Assembly: GCA_964619725.1 (NCBI GenBank)
Contig: CAZUFC010000026.1
Span: 9,729-73,728, forward strand
Length of the DNA: 64,000 bases
Direction: 5' to 3'
From: an uncultured bacterium
GTDB taxonomy: Bacteria > CSSED10-310 > CAZUFC01
Shown here: positions 36,779 to 47,152 of the stretch, one piece after another
Numbering within the stretch: position 1 is the first letter of the stretch
How the letters are laid out: every line of letters begins with the position of its first letter
Notes under the pieces: generated by a model
The model's input: only the letters and a program-made list of their open reading frames with translations
Database searches by the model: none
What the model was told of the DNA's origin: nothing
Position numbers and translations under genes: made by a program

Positions 36779-39217
36779 TTAATGTTTCCGGTAAATAGCG
36801 ACTCCCATGCCTGCGATCAGGATAACAAGGCCCACGGCGCTGAAAGCGGGAATGGGCGCTCCGACGGTGAAAGTGTAGGGATCGGCTTCTGCGGTTGAGC
36901 GAGCGGTAGTTTTGGCGTTTCCGTCATGCAGGAAAGTTGTGTCGTAACCGGGGTTCCACAATTCGAGGTAGTATTGTATTTGGTCTCCGGACTGGTAGGG
37001 ATTGGCGAAGGATGCCATCCAGTATTCGTTGCTGCTGTTGTTGCTGTCCCAGTGTAAATCGGAGCTTGACCAGATCGGATTGCCCTGTTTGCGGTAATAC
37101 AATTTACCGGAATAGAGGGTGCCGGCAGGATAGGCGCCGGTATAAATGTATACGGGCGAATCGCCTTCACCGACGTTCAGGGGATTCCTCATGGTGACGC
37201 TGGGCGGTTCTTCATTCGCGGGAATATGCCATACGTTCGGAAGAGGATTCGATTCGGGCGTAGCAGTGGGTTCGGTGGGAGTAGGCGTAGGCGTCGACGA
37301 AGGCAGCGTATAGGTGTAGGGATTGGAGGCGGCATGGTCCAGATCGGCTGTCGTCTGGGAAGTATCGTCGGTACCGTAAACATACGTCGTGTCATATCCC
37401 GGATTCTCCGCGCTGATGAAATACTTTAACGTATCGCCGGGATTGAGGAAATTTTCGAAACTGGCTATGAAATACTCGTTGTCGCCCGGATTAGAGTCCC
37501 ATGCAAATTCAGCGGTGTTCCACTGCGGCATATTGTTTTTCCGGTAATACAGCGTAGCGTAATGAATGGTTCCCTGCGGCCATCCGCCCAGGTAGACGTA
37601 AATATTTTCGTCGGTTGCCGAAGGATACAGGGGATTTCGCATGTGTACGGTCGGAGGTTCTTCATTTGTGGGAATGTGCCAGACGTTCATCAAGTTCGGC
37701 GCGGAAGTGGGCGTCGGCGTCGGTGATGGAACTCCCGACTCCTGAATGGTGAACTCAAATGGATTCTCCTGAGCCTCCGACTGTTCCGTTGAATTGAAAC
37801 TTTGAGAATCCGAGCCGTAAACATAGGTTATGTTGTATGCCGGATTCTGAAGTTTCAGGTAATATTCCACGGCATCTCCGGCATCATAATTATTGGCGAA
37901 ACTTGCCATCCAGTATTCATTGGGATACTGATTCACGTCCCAATTGAACGATGATTCATTCCACATTGCGGTCCCGGCCTCACGGTAATAAAGCGTTCCG
38001 GAGTAGATCGTTCCCATCGGATAGGCGCCGACATAAAAATATATGTTTTCGGCGTTGTCGTCAGGAGACAGCGGATTACGCATCGTCACCGAGGGCGGTT
38101 CGATATTGGAAGGAATATGCCAGCAGTTCATCATGTTGGCGACTCTGCGCGCCACGTATATTTCCTTGTCGTTTCCGTCGAATCCGTGCCAGGCGATGCG
38201 TCCGTTTTTAATTTTAGGTTTTTCGTCCCATCCCGGTTTATTCGAAACGTTTACCGTGTAAACGCCGTCATAATATTTTATTTCAAAATCGTAATTTTCT
38301 CCCTGCGAGCTCCATACGATTTCGCCTCCGTCAATATCCGGGTCCACGCTGGGATTGTAGAAGTTGGTCAGTTTAGTTTTTTCACCGTCTGCCCACATAT
38401 ATATCTGCCACCCGGCATTGTCTGCGCCCATCCAGACTATCTTGCCGTTACTCACTTCCGGGTTCCAGTCAGTCCATATCTTATCGGAAATGTTGGCAAT
38501 AGTCGTTCCATCCCAGTAATAAACTTCATCTGCGTAAGTTCCCTGCGGAAATCCATGCCATACTAAATTGTGTCCGTCAAAACGGGGCCGGCGTCCCATC
38601 ATCTCATCGGTGGTTATCTTCTGAGTCGTCGTTCCGTTCCACAAATAAAGATCGACTCTCTGTTCGCCGTCATTCCAACGGCTCCACGCTGCCCACCCGT
38701 CTTCAATATCCGGTTCCTCATTCACCGCAGAATCATCCGTCAGTTGATTGATAGTCGATCCGTTCCAGTAATAAATCTCCGTATCATCTTCGCCCTCGCG
38801 TCCGACCCATACCGCCTCTCCCATGTTCGTCCTGGGTGAAAACTGTTCTATTCCATCGTCGGTCAACTCGGTCGCATTCGTGCCGTCCCAGAATACCACT
38901 TCCGCTGCCGAACCTTCACCCGTTATCCAGACCGCTTTGCCGTCCTCCAGGTGAGGTGAATGATCGTTTATCCCATTGTCCGTCAATGCTGATACGGTTG
39001 ATCCGTCATAAAGATATATCTCCAGATCATTCCCGTCATATCCCGTCCATATGATGTATTCCTCGTCCATTACTACGTCGTAATCGTCAAAATCATTGAA
39101 CGTCAGTTGTTCCACTTCAAAAGTCACAGCACTGACGCTTAAAACAGAAAATAACATTACGCTTAACACGATTAACCAGGTTTCTAATAATTTCATCTTA
39201 ATCCTCCCGTCTGTCAT
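36779..39217 (-). CDS. Secreted protein with propeller-like repeats, three tandem repeat domains and an IPTL-CTERM-like anchor
   Basis: Signal peptide, 'EIY.WDG....LTD....D..P.I' repeats, three WHIP.N.EPP.V.MRNPL domains, IPAFS-hydrophobic-RKH. Confidence 0.8.
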   Translation of the reverse strand: MTDGRIKMKLLETWLIVLSVMLFSVLSVSAVTFEVEQLTFNDFDDYDVVMDEEYIIWTGYDGNDLEIYLYDGSTVSALTDNGINDHSPHLEDGKAVWITGEGSAAEVVFWDGTNATELTDDGIEQFSPRTNMGEAVWVGREGEDDTEIYYWNGSTINQLTDDSAVNEEPDIEDGWAAWSRWNDGEQRVDLYLWNGTTTQKITTDEMMGRRPRFDGHNLVWHGFPQGTYADEVYYWDGTTIANISDKIWTDWNPEVSNGKIVWMGADNAGWQIYMWADGEKTKLTNFYNPSVDPDIDGGEIVWSSQGENYDFEIKYYDGVYTVNVSNKPGWDEKPKIKNGRIAWHGFDGNDKEIYVARRVANMMNCWHIPSNIEPPSVTMRNPLSPDDNAENIYFYVGAYPMGTIYSGTLYYREAGTAMWNESSFNWDVNQYPNEYWMASFANNYDAGDAVEYYLKLQNPAYNITYVYGSDSQSFNSTEQSEAQENPFEFTIQESGVPSPTPTPTSAPNLMNVWHIPTNEEPPTVHMRNPLYPSATDENIYVYLGGWPQGTIHYATLYYRKNNMPQWNTAEFAWDSNPGDNEYFIASFENFLNPGDTLKYFISAENPGYDTTYVYGTDDTSQTTADLDHAASNPYTYTLPSSTPTPTPTEPTATPESNPLPNVWHIPANEEPPSVTMRNPLNVGEGDSPVYIYTGAYPAGTLYSGKLYYRKQGNPIWSSSDLHWDSNNSSNEYWMASFANPYQSGDQIQYYLELWNPGYDTTFLHDGNAKTTARSTAEADPYTFTVGAPIPAFSAVGLVILIAGMGVAIYRKH

Positions 39218-39423
39218 GAGTTGACTGTTGCCGTAACATTAATAAAAAATATGAACCATAGCAAGAGATCGACAGGCGATCTGCCAAAGGATTTATACAG
39301 ATTTTTTTGGAAAAATCAAATTCACGTACTGTTTCGAAAGAGATACCTATACCGACCCCGATTACAGCCGGTTACTTCTTCTGATTTGAAAAAGCAGGAC
39401 GATCTTCGACGAATAGATTTTTA

Positions 39424-39572
39424 GGCATTGATCAAAAAAGCGTCTTTTGCAGTTACGATTCGAAAGAATAGTTCATCAACTTGTTTCGATTGCGATTGCG
39501 ATACCGATCCCGATTAATGAAACAAACCGTAAAAAGTTTTGAAAGATGTGTAACCCCGATCTGATCAGTCCC
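39424..39572 (-). repeat. MITE-like repeat, family A
   Basis: GGCATTGATCAAA ... CTGATCAGTCCC. Confidence 0.85.
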
Positions 39573-39825
39573 GATTTTTATGGGTTATGAACAACTCGGA
39601 AAAGCTGCGAAGAATAGACGCGGGGCCGTCTTGTAAGAGGTTATTCGTAAAGGTCTAAGAAGTGTTTCGCTGAACAGTAAATCGCAACGGGAAGTTGGTT
39701 TCAAGCCAGACGCTGATCTTGTTTTAGGTGAGTAAACAGCATCATCACCCCCAATTTGTGCTATTGGGTTTCGGGCTATCCCGCCTCGCTGCGGCTTGGC
39801 GCTTGCACCCCCTGTCTCTTCCTTT

Positions 39826-40360
39826 TTATTCATCCTTGAACTTGATTGTGTAAGCATGATTGGCGACGTGAATCCGCCCGACGAATTGCCTGAACCTTGC
39901 CGGCAATTCCTGAAAATCTTCGTAACTCTTTGTGAAGGAACGCCTGGGTTCATGCACTATATCGCGCCCATCTGCGTACGATTCGTTTGTAGGCCGAATC
40001 AATGACCCGCCGGAGACTTCACTCTATATCCGATAAAAGGTTCTTCCTGATCTCCAATCCCTGAGATAAACTGATACGCTCTCCACGGTATTCGATTTCA
40101 TGAGCGAAATTAGACGCCTGTATGGCCTGGTTCACCATGACCCGTTTCGTCTGCAACTTTTTTAATTCCTCCCCTGCAGCATCAGGGTAAAAATCCGCAC
40201 TGGGTTCCCGCTCCTCCTCATCCCTCCTGCTCAGGAACCCTCGCTCCTTCTCAAAGCCCTTTTCCGTGATTCTCTCTATAACTTTTATGTGACGGTCATG
40301 TTGGTTTCGCAATTCAATGGCTTCGTAAATATAGAGATTCTGCTTCTCGTCAGGCATCAA
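39826..40360 (-). pseudogene. Disrupted coiled-coil protein, DIP1984-like
   Basis: YEAIELR..NQAIQ.SN..ISLSQGL..R. TGA at 40019-40021, then protein-like sequence SLRRVIDSAYKRI and a frameshift to RDIVHEPR..IHVANH..IKFKDE*. Confidence 0.55.
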
Positions 40361-41324
40361 AAAGTTCTTTTTAGAAACGCTGCAATTTTCCGGGGCGTTA
40401 TACTAAATTTAAAATTTTACTAAAAGCAAAAAGTTGACGATCACATTTTCTCTGAATTCAATCATCGTTCAAAGCAACCGGTATTAACAGCGACGAATCA
40501 GCCGGATAATTATGAAAACGAACAAAAATTGTCCCGAAAGAAATGAGACGGGCTAAGCTATTGAAATAAATGATAAACCATGCCCCATCGTTTCGGGCCC
40601 TCCCCCACGTCCGGTTTCGGCTCGGACTCCACCTCCACGGGCATTATCCGACTCCTGAAGCGCTGCTGCTTTTCAGAAGCATGCCCCCAGCCTTCCTTCG
40701 GACGTAAGATTGTCTGCTTTCGGACCGAAGCCGACGGAAAGAATTTAAGCATTTTACATGCCAAAAAAAATAATTCCTTATTCTACAGTAACTTGAATTT
40801 TAAGGGCATAGAATCCTGCTTGTTTTTGCGCCCTGAGGGTCAAAAATTTTGAATTTTTTTCAAATTTTTTGAATATTCGAATTCAAATAAATATGAAAAA
40901 GCCTTCCCCCGGATTCCAAATACTTAATGAAATTGTTTATTTTACAAGTAAATAAAGCATCATTCGAAGTTCCGGTTTTTAACCCGGAAACAAACCTGAA
41001 CAATTCAAATTTTTTGATTCCGGAAACGAAATGCGCCCCGGGAAAGCGGCAGGATGCCGCTTCTCCCTTTTCTTCTTTGATTTTTATTGAGGTTCAAAAA
41101 AATTGTTTTTATAGTGTAGAGGCAGCATACTGCCGCATTTAAGCCGGTTCTATATATACCGGCCATAGAACCTAATGAAAACGGGAGTACTGCCGTGCAT
41201 CATCCGGCCTCGAAAAAGGGACAAAACCCTTCGCAGACTAAAACGGTTAAAAATCCGATTATGGACGTCATAAAGGCATACAATATCCCAAGGCCGTCGA
41301 GCCGATCAACAGTTTTCGATGATT

Positions 41325-41672
41325 ACTGGGAGCGCAGGCTTCCAGCCTGCCTGCGCATCGTATACGGTTATGAAACGAAAAGCCTGCTGTCAGGCTGGAC
41401 CTGTAAATCAACCGAAATTGACGACTCAGGCGGCAAAATTCTTCCATAAAAAATAAATAAGGCATTACACCGGGAGCTGATAGACATGCCATCCTTCGAA
41501 AGACCTAACGAATTCCCATTCAAAATGAAAAAAAGAGGACGAATCATTCCACGAGTGTTTTAATTCGCTAAGGGTTGCAAAGATGGTTTTCTTAAAGCGC
41601 CGGGTCCTTTGATCGTAAACTGTTATCGGAAGCCTCGATTTAGAAGGCAGGCTGGAAGCCTGCGGTCCCAGT
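41325..41672. repeat. Inverted REP-like pair
   Basis: ACTGGGAGCGCAGGCTTCCAGCCTGCCT (41325-41352) and its reverse complement at 41645-41672, 27/28 identical. Confidence 0.8.
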
Positions 41673-41720
41673 GCAGCGTTGCCTTCATTTGAGCATTCCC
41701 ATCTTTTCAGCCATTCGGAA

Positions 41721-41749
41721 TTGACAGTTCAGGCTTTGATTTTTAAACT
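41721..41749 (+). promoter_or_regulatory. Putative sigma70 promoter of the nagZ-ABC operon
   Basis: TTGACA-N17-TAAACT. Confidence 0.55.
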
Positions 41750-41785
41750 TCAGGGGAGATGCAGGTGAGTTAGGGAGGTGCAGTA

Positions 41786-43273
41786 TTGGATAACAGAGAA
41801 GCAGGGCGCATAATGATGATCGGATTTGATGGTACAGATGTTGATCCTGAGGTCAGACGATTGTTTGAAGCGGTTCGTCCTGCTGGGGTTGTGCTTTTTC
41901 AAAGAAACATCATTACTGTTGATCAGACGAAAGCGCTGGTCGGTCAATTGCGTGAAACGGCACGCCAATACATGGACGAAATGCTGTTGATTGCCGTAGA
42001 TCATGAAGGCGGGCAGGTACACCGTTTCGGAGGAGAACTCACTCAGTTTCCCGGCAACCTGGCGCTGGGTCGTCTTGACTCCGAAGCCACTGCTGAGAGC
42101 GTGGGTTACGGTATGGGAATGGAGTTGAATCTATTGGGAGTCGACATCAATTTCGCCCCTGTTCTTGATTTGCTTTCGCTGCGTGAGAATCCTCAGACCC
42201 TGACGCGATCCTACGGAGGAGCCCCCATCAAAACAGCCCGTCTCGGCGCCGCATTCATCAAAGGATTGGAAAAGGCAGGCATACCGGCGACAGCGAAACA
42301 CTTTCCCGGACTCGGCAACTGCAGAATCGACAGTCACATTCAAAGACCCGTCATCGAGTCATCATTTGATGAACTAATGAAAAATGACCTTGTACCTTTC
42401 CGCATTGCCGTGGATAAGGGGGTTCCTCTTGTCATGACGGCTCACGCAGCTTATCCCGCTCTGGATGATTCGGGAAGTCCCGCCACGTTTTCCCGCCCGG
42501 TGATCGAAGGCATACTGCGCGAACGGCTTGAATACAAGGGAGCGGTTATCACCGATGCGCTTGAAATGGGAGCTGTTACGGAAACCCTGTCTCCGGAAAA
42601 AGTCGCTCCGGCCGCTTTTTCTGCCGGTTGCGATCTGCTGCTGGCATGCAGGGATCATCAATACATCCTGACGCTTCATGATAATCTCCAGAAATTTCTG
42701 GAGTCCAATGAGATGCCGGAGCGAAGATGGATGAATTCAATAAGACGAATTGAGGATTTGAGAAACAGAATAAAAAAAACGAGCATAAAGAAGGTTGACT
42801 GGCGAGAACTTCTGGACAAAAATGCAGAACTGGCGCAATCGGTCGCCTTGAATTCTTTGGAGCTGATCAGAGATACTGAAGGTCTGATCCCCTTGAAGCC
42901 CGGCACGACGTTGCTCGTTTCGAAGTTAAATGAGAAAAGAACTAGTGAAGTATTTGAAAAAGGGACTTTTGCAACGATATTCATCGATTATTTAAGAAAA
43001 AAAGGCTTCCATATTAATGAATCGATTGAGAGAGACGTTACACCCGATGATTCGAAAAGCGTTCGGGTATTATTGAACGAACGCCCTCTAAGCCGGCGGA
43101 GGCTTCGGGAATTGAGCGAAACTGCCGGTCCAGGTTCTGAAACGATTTTCATAGATGCAGGAGTTCCTGTGGATAATGAGAAGCTTCCTGACCACTGGAC
43201 GGTGATCAATACATACAGCAGTTGCCGTTTCAGTATGGAAGCGGCAGCCGGACTTTTATGCGGGGCTGATTAG
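41786..43273 (+). CDS. nagZ: GH3 beta-N-acetylhexosaminidase
   Basis: AVDHEGG.V.R, NFAPVLD, KHFPGLG....DSH, ITDALEM.A. Confidence 0.88.
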   Translation: MDNREAGRIMMIGFDGTDVDPEVRRLFEAVRPAGVVLFQRNIITVDQTKALVGQLRETARQYMDEMLLIAVDHEGGQVHRFGGELTQFPGNLALGRLDSEATAESVGYGMGMELNLLGVDINFAPVLDLLSLRENPQTLTRSYGGAPIKTARLGAAFIKGLEKAGIPATAKHFPGLGNCRIDSHIQRPVIESSFDELMKNDLVPFRIAVDKGVPLVMTAHAAYPALDDSGSPATFSRPVIEGILRERLEYKGAVITDALEMGAVTETLSPEKVAPAAFSAGCDLLLACRDHQYILTLHDNLQKFLESNEMPERRWMNSIRRIEDLRNRIKKTSIKKVDWRELLDKNAELAQSVALNSLELIRDTEGLIPLKPGTTLLVSKLNEKRTSEVFEKGTFATIFIDYLRKKGFHINESIERDVTPDDSKSVRVLLNERPLSRRRLRELSETAGPGSETIFIDAGVPVDNEKLPDHWTVINTYSSCRFSMEAAAGLLCGAD

Positions 43274-43312
43274 CCAAGAGAGAATTTATGTAATGAAGAA
43301 AGAGAGAATACA

Positions 43313-44920
43313 ATGAAAATAAACTTCAGGAGCGAACTCAGCGTCGGCGGTTCAGTAAAAAGGCGCTTGACGATGATCATTGCGATTTTATTTTTTTGCA
43401 CAGCATTGATCGCCGGCACAGGATGCAAATCCGACAGGGATGACCGGATAACTCTGCACATCGGCATCAACGGCGATCCCAGGAGCCTTGATCCCCGGAC
43501 GGCTACCGATGCGGCGTCGTCCCGGGTCAATCAACTTATTTATAATTCACTGATCAAAAAGGACATTCATTCTGACCTTGTTCCTGATCTGGCCGAGTCC
43601 TGGAGTATGCCGGACGATTCCACTTATGTTTTCAAACTGAAACAAGGAGTCAAATTCCATGACGGTTCGGATTTGACGGCTGAGGACGTCGCTTTCACAT
43701 TCAACAGCCTGCTGGACCCTGAATTCAGGTCGCCGAAACGAGCGGCATACGAAAAACTGGAATCGATCAACGTCAAGGACCCTTATACTATCGTTTTCCA
43801 TTTGAAAGAACCTTTTGCACCGTTTCTGATCAATATGGTACTGGGAATAGTTCCGAAACCGGAAGGGGAAGAAGGATTACGCGACCTTAATGAGAATCCC
43901 GTGGGGACAGGACCTTTTCGTTTTGTTTCTCGCCGATCAGGTGAAGAGATCGTGCTGGAGCGGTTCACGGATTACTTTTCGCCGTTTGAGGAACCTGGTC
44001 GTTTGGAAAGGCTGGTTTACAGGATCATACCCGATGACACCATCCGCATCCTGGAGCTGGAGAAGGGCTCGATAGATTTCGTGCAAAATAATATTCCCCG
44101 CGATATCGTCGGCAGAATGCGTGAAAAAGATGAGTTTGAAGTTTCGGTTAAGCCGGGCACGAATTTTTATTATATGGGCTTCAACATGCAGGACGATATT
44201 TTGAAATCGGAAAAGGTGCGGCAGGCTATATGCCATGCGGTAGACCGCGACAGCATCATCGAGAATCTTCTTTACGGTTTTGCAACGCCTGCAGGAAGTT
44301 TATTGCCGGAAGGCCATTGGGCTTATGAACCCGAAACGATCGAATACGGTCATGATCCTGAAAAGGCTGAACAACTTCTGGAAGAGGCGGGTTATGAACT
44401 AAAACAGCTTGAAGGCGCTGACGAACCGGCACGCTTTAAATTACTGTATAAGACATCTCAGAACAAGCTTTCGCGGCAGATAGCGGAAGTATTCCAGGCC
44501 AACCTGAAGCAAGTCGGCATTCATGTGGATATAAGGTCGTATGAATGGGGGACCTTTTACGATGACATCATAAAAGGAAATTTCCAGTTGTATTCCCTGT
44601 CCTGGGTAGGCATAACCGATCCCGACATTTATTATTCCATATTTCATAGTTCCAGCGTGCCGCCTAATGGAAGGAACAGGGGACGATACTCCAATCCCGA
44701 ACTGGATGAATTGCTGGAACAGGGTCGCCTGACGCTCGATCAGGATAAAAGGGCGCGTATTTATTCAAAGGTGCAGAAGATATTGTCGGAGGAGGTCCCT
44801 TATTGCTGCTTATGGCATGAGGATAATATCGTCATAATGGAGGAAGACTTCCGGGGTTACAGGATATACCCGGCGGGGGATTTCGATTCATTGAGCCAGG
44901 TAGTGTATCGACCATCCTGA
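43313..44920 (+). CDS. Peptide/nickel ABC transporter substrate-binding lipoprotein (family 5)
   Basis: Lipobox GTGC, PDLAESW, F.LK.GVKFHDG, PVGTGPF, VRQAI..AVDR. Confidence 0.93.
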   Translation: MKINFRSELSVGGSVKRRLTMIIAILFFCTALIAGTGCKSDRDDRITLHIGINGDPRSLDPRTATDAASSRVNQLIYNSLIKKDIHSDLVPDLAESWSMPDDSTYVFKLKQGVKFHDGSDLTAEDVAFTFNSLLDPEFRSPKRAAYEKLESINVKDPYTIVFHLKEPFAPFLINMVLGIVPKPEGEEGLRDLNENPVGTGPFRFVSRRSGEEIVLERFTDYFSPFEEPGRLERLVYRIIPDDTIRILELEKGSIDFVQNNIPRDIVGRMREKDEFEVSVKPGTNFYYMGFNMQDDILKSEKVRQAICHAVDRDSIIENLLYGFATPAGSLLPEGHWAYEPETIEYGHDPEKAEQLLEEAGYELKQLEGADEPARFKLLYKTSQNKLSRQIAEVFQANLKQVGIHVDIRSYEWGTFYDDIIKGNFQLYSLSWVGITDPDIYYSIFHSSSVPPNGRNRGRYSNPELDELLEQGRLTLDQDKRARIYSKVQKILSEEVPYCCLWHEDNIVIMEEDFRGYRIYPAGDFDSLSQVVYRPS

Positions 44921-44924
44921 TATT

Positions 44925-45860
44925 ATGCAGCAGTTCATAATCCGCAGAATTTTACTTATAATCCCGGTAGTCTGGGGCGTCTCCACACTCGTATTTCTGT
45001 TCATCCACTTTATACCGGGAGACCCTGCGGTCATAATGCTGGGAGAATCAGCGCAACCCGCGGATATTGAGAACATGCGCAGGACCCTCGGACTGGATAA
45101 ACCTTTGCACGAACAATACTGGACATTTTTAAAGGGATTAGCGACGGGCGATCTCGGGGATTCCATACAAACCGAAGGTCCGGTGGTGCGCATGGTGCTG
45201 GAGCGTTTTCCGGCCACGTTGCAGTTGACGCTGGCGAGTATGCTGGCGGCTGTGCTTATCGCTTTTCCGTTGGGTGTAATGTCCGCTGTGAAGCAGGGAT
45301 CATCCATTGACCAGTCGAGCCGTTTTTTATCATTGCTGGGCATATCCATACCGAATTTCTGGCTGGGTCCCATGCTTATAATCATTTTTTCCCTTAAACT
45401 GGATATTTTTCCCGTATCAGGCAGAAGAGGCATATCCTATTATATTCTTCCAGCGGTGACGCTGGGGACGGCCATGGCGGCCATACTCACCAGGATGATC
45501 CGGGCGAGCCTGCTGGAGATCATCCGGTCCGATTATATCATAACGGCAAGGAGTAAAGGCGTTTCTGAAAAGGTCGTCGTTTTGAAGCATGCCTTGAGGA
45601 ATTCTCTTATTCCTGTGATCACGGTGATCGGTTTACAATTCGGGGCCCTTCTGGGCGGTTCGATCATAACGGAAAAGATATTTTCCTGGCCGGGAATCGG
45701 CAGCCTGCTGATCAGCGCCATCAGCCAGAGGGATTATCCCGTGGTACAGGGCTGCGTTCTCCTTATATCTTTCAGTTACGTACTGGTCAATCTTTTAACG
45801 GATATCACCTACGGATTCCTTGATCCGCGCGTCAGAATACTGACGTCGAAAAGCTCATGA
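44925..45860 (+). CDS. Peptide ABC permease (DppB/OppB family)
   Basis: IPGDPA, ITARSKG, HALRN.LIP, RDYPVVQG. Confidence 0.93.
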   Translation: MQQFIIRRILLIIPVVWGVSTLVFLFIHFIPGDPAVIMLGESAQPADIENMRRTLGLDKPLHEQYWTFLKGLATGDLGDSIQTEGPVVRMVLERFPATLQLTLASMLAAVLIAFPLGVMSAVKQGSSIDQSSRFLSLLGISIPNFWLGPMLIIIFSLKLDIFPVSGRRGISYYILPAVTLGTAMAAILTRMIRASLLEIIRSDYIITARSKGVSEKVVVLKHALRNSLIPVITVIGLQFGALLGGSIITEKIFSWPGIGSLLISAISQRDYPVVQGCVLLISFSYVLVNLLTDITYGFLDPRVRILTSKSS

Positions 45861-46690
45861 AACACCGTAAATTTAGAAAACTCATGAGAAACAAAACCGC
45901 GCTGATCGGCGCGGTTATTACGATTGTTTTTATCTTCACAGGCATTTTCGGCAAATTCCTGACTCCCTATGATCCCCTGGAACAAAACCTCGATCTTAAA
46001 AAAGAAGGCCCGTCCTGGAAGCATCCCTGCGGCAGAGACCATCTGGGCAGGGACATCTTCAGCAGAATACTGGCCGGAGCCGGCATATCACTTAAAGTAG
46101 GCTTTATCGTAGTTTTCGTTTCCTGCCTGGTCGGACTTCTTGTCGGAACTGCAGCGGGTTACTTCGGCGGACTCTTCGATGAAATCATCATGCGCATAAT
46201 CGATATACTGCTGGCCTTTCCCGGCATATTGCTCGCCATCGCCATGGTCGCTGTTCTGGGACCCAACATCAATAACGTCATTATCGCTCTCTGCATAATG
46301 GGATGGGTAGGCTTCGCCAGGCTGGCCAGAGGACAAGCGCTGCTCATCAGGGAGCTGGAATACGTCGAAGCAGCCAGGGCTATGGGCGCAAAACCACTAA
46401 GGATAATCATCAGCCACGTAATACCCAATCTTACTGCCCCCATCCTCGTGCAAGCCACTCTGGGCATAGCCGGCGCCATCATCGCCGAAGCAGGCCTCAG
46501 CTTCCTGGGTCTGGGCGTCGAACCCCCGGCGCCGAGCTGGGGCAGCCTCCTGGACGAAGGGGTTGCTCAAATACTGACCTCTCCGCATATGACAGTCTTT
46601 CCGGGAATAGCCATCGCTCTGACCGTTATGGGCCTTAATTTCGTCGGCGACGGTCTCCGGGACGTCCTGGACCCAAAACAGGCAGATTGA
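45857..46690 (+). CDS. Peptide ABC permease (DppC/OppC family)
   Basis: GRD.LGRDIFSR, EYVEAARAMGA, LSFLGLG..PP.PSWG, GDGLRD.LDP. Confidence 0.93.
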   Translation: MKHRKFRKLMRNKTALIGAVITIVFIFTGIFGKFLTPYDPLEQNLDLKKEGPSWKHPCGRDHLGRDIFSRILAGAGISLKVGFIVVFVSCLVGLLVGTAAGYFGGLFDEIIMRIIDILLAFPGILLAIAMVAVLGPNINNVIIALCIMGWVGFARLARGQALLIRELEYVEAARAMGAKPLRIIISHVIPNLTAPILVQATLGIAGAIIAEAGLSFLGLGVEPPAPSWGSLLDEGVAQILTSPHMTVFPGIAIALTVMGLNFVGDGLRDVLDPKQAD

Positions 46691-46807
46691 ACCGCAGCGC
46701 AACCTTGATTTCAAGAGTCCGCTGTTGACATAATACAGACCGTTATATAATAATTTTACGCGGGATTTATTCAGGGGCTGGAAAAAAATTGTTTAAAGGC
46801 TCAAATA

Positions 46808-47152
46808 ATGAAAAAAGCATTATCCAATCTGAAAAGTTATGAAAAGGAAGCCCTCTTTAAATTTCTGAAAGCCGTCAGACGAAAAACCGGAGGAAAAATT
46901 TTAGAAGTCAGGCTGTTCGGTTCAAAATTCCGCGGCGATTATAATAAAGATTCGGACATCGACATTATGATGATAGTGAAAGAAAGAACTGACGATTTGA
47001 TGGATGCTGTATACGACGAGCTGGTGGAGATAGAATTGATCTATGACTCAAAAATTTCTCTTACTATTTTTTCAGAAAAAGAATACCATATGAATATTGA
47101 AGCGCACACTCCTTTTATTGAAAATCTCCAAAAAGAAGAAATTAAAGTGTGA
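46808..47152 (+). CDS. Minimal nucleotidyltransferase (MNT) antitoxin
   Basis: LFGSKFRGDY..DSDIDI. Confidence 0.88.
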   Translation: MKKALSNLKSYEKEALFKFLKAVRRKTGGKILEVRLFGSKFRGDYNKDSDIDIMMIVKERTDDLMDAVYDELVEIELIYDSKISLTIFSEKEYHMNIEAHTPFIENLQKEEIKV

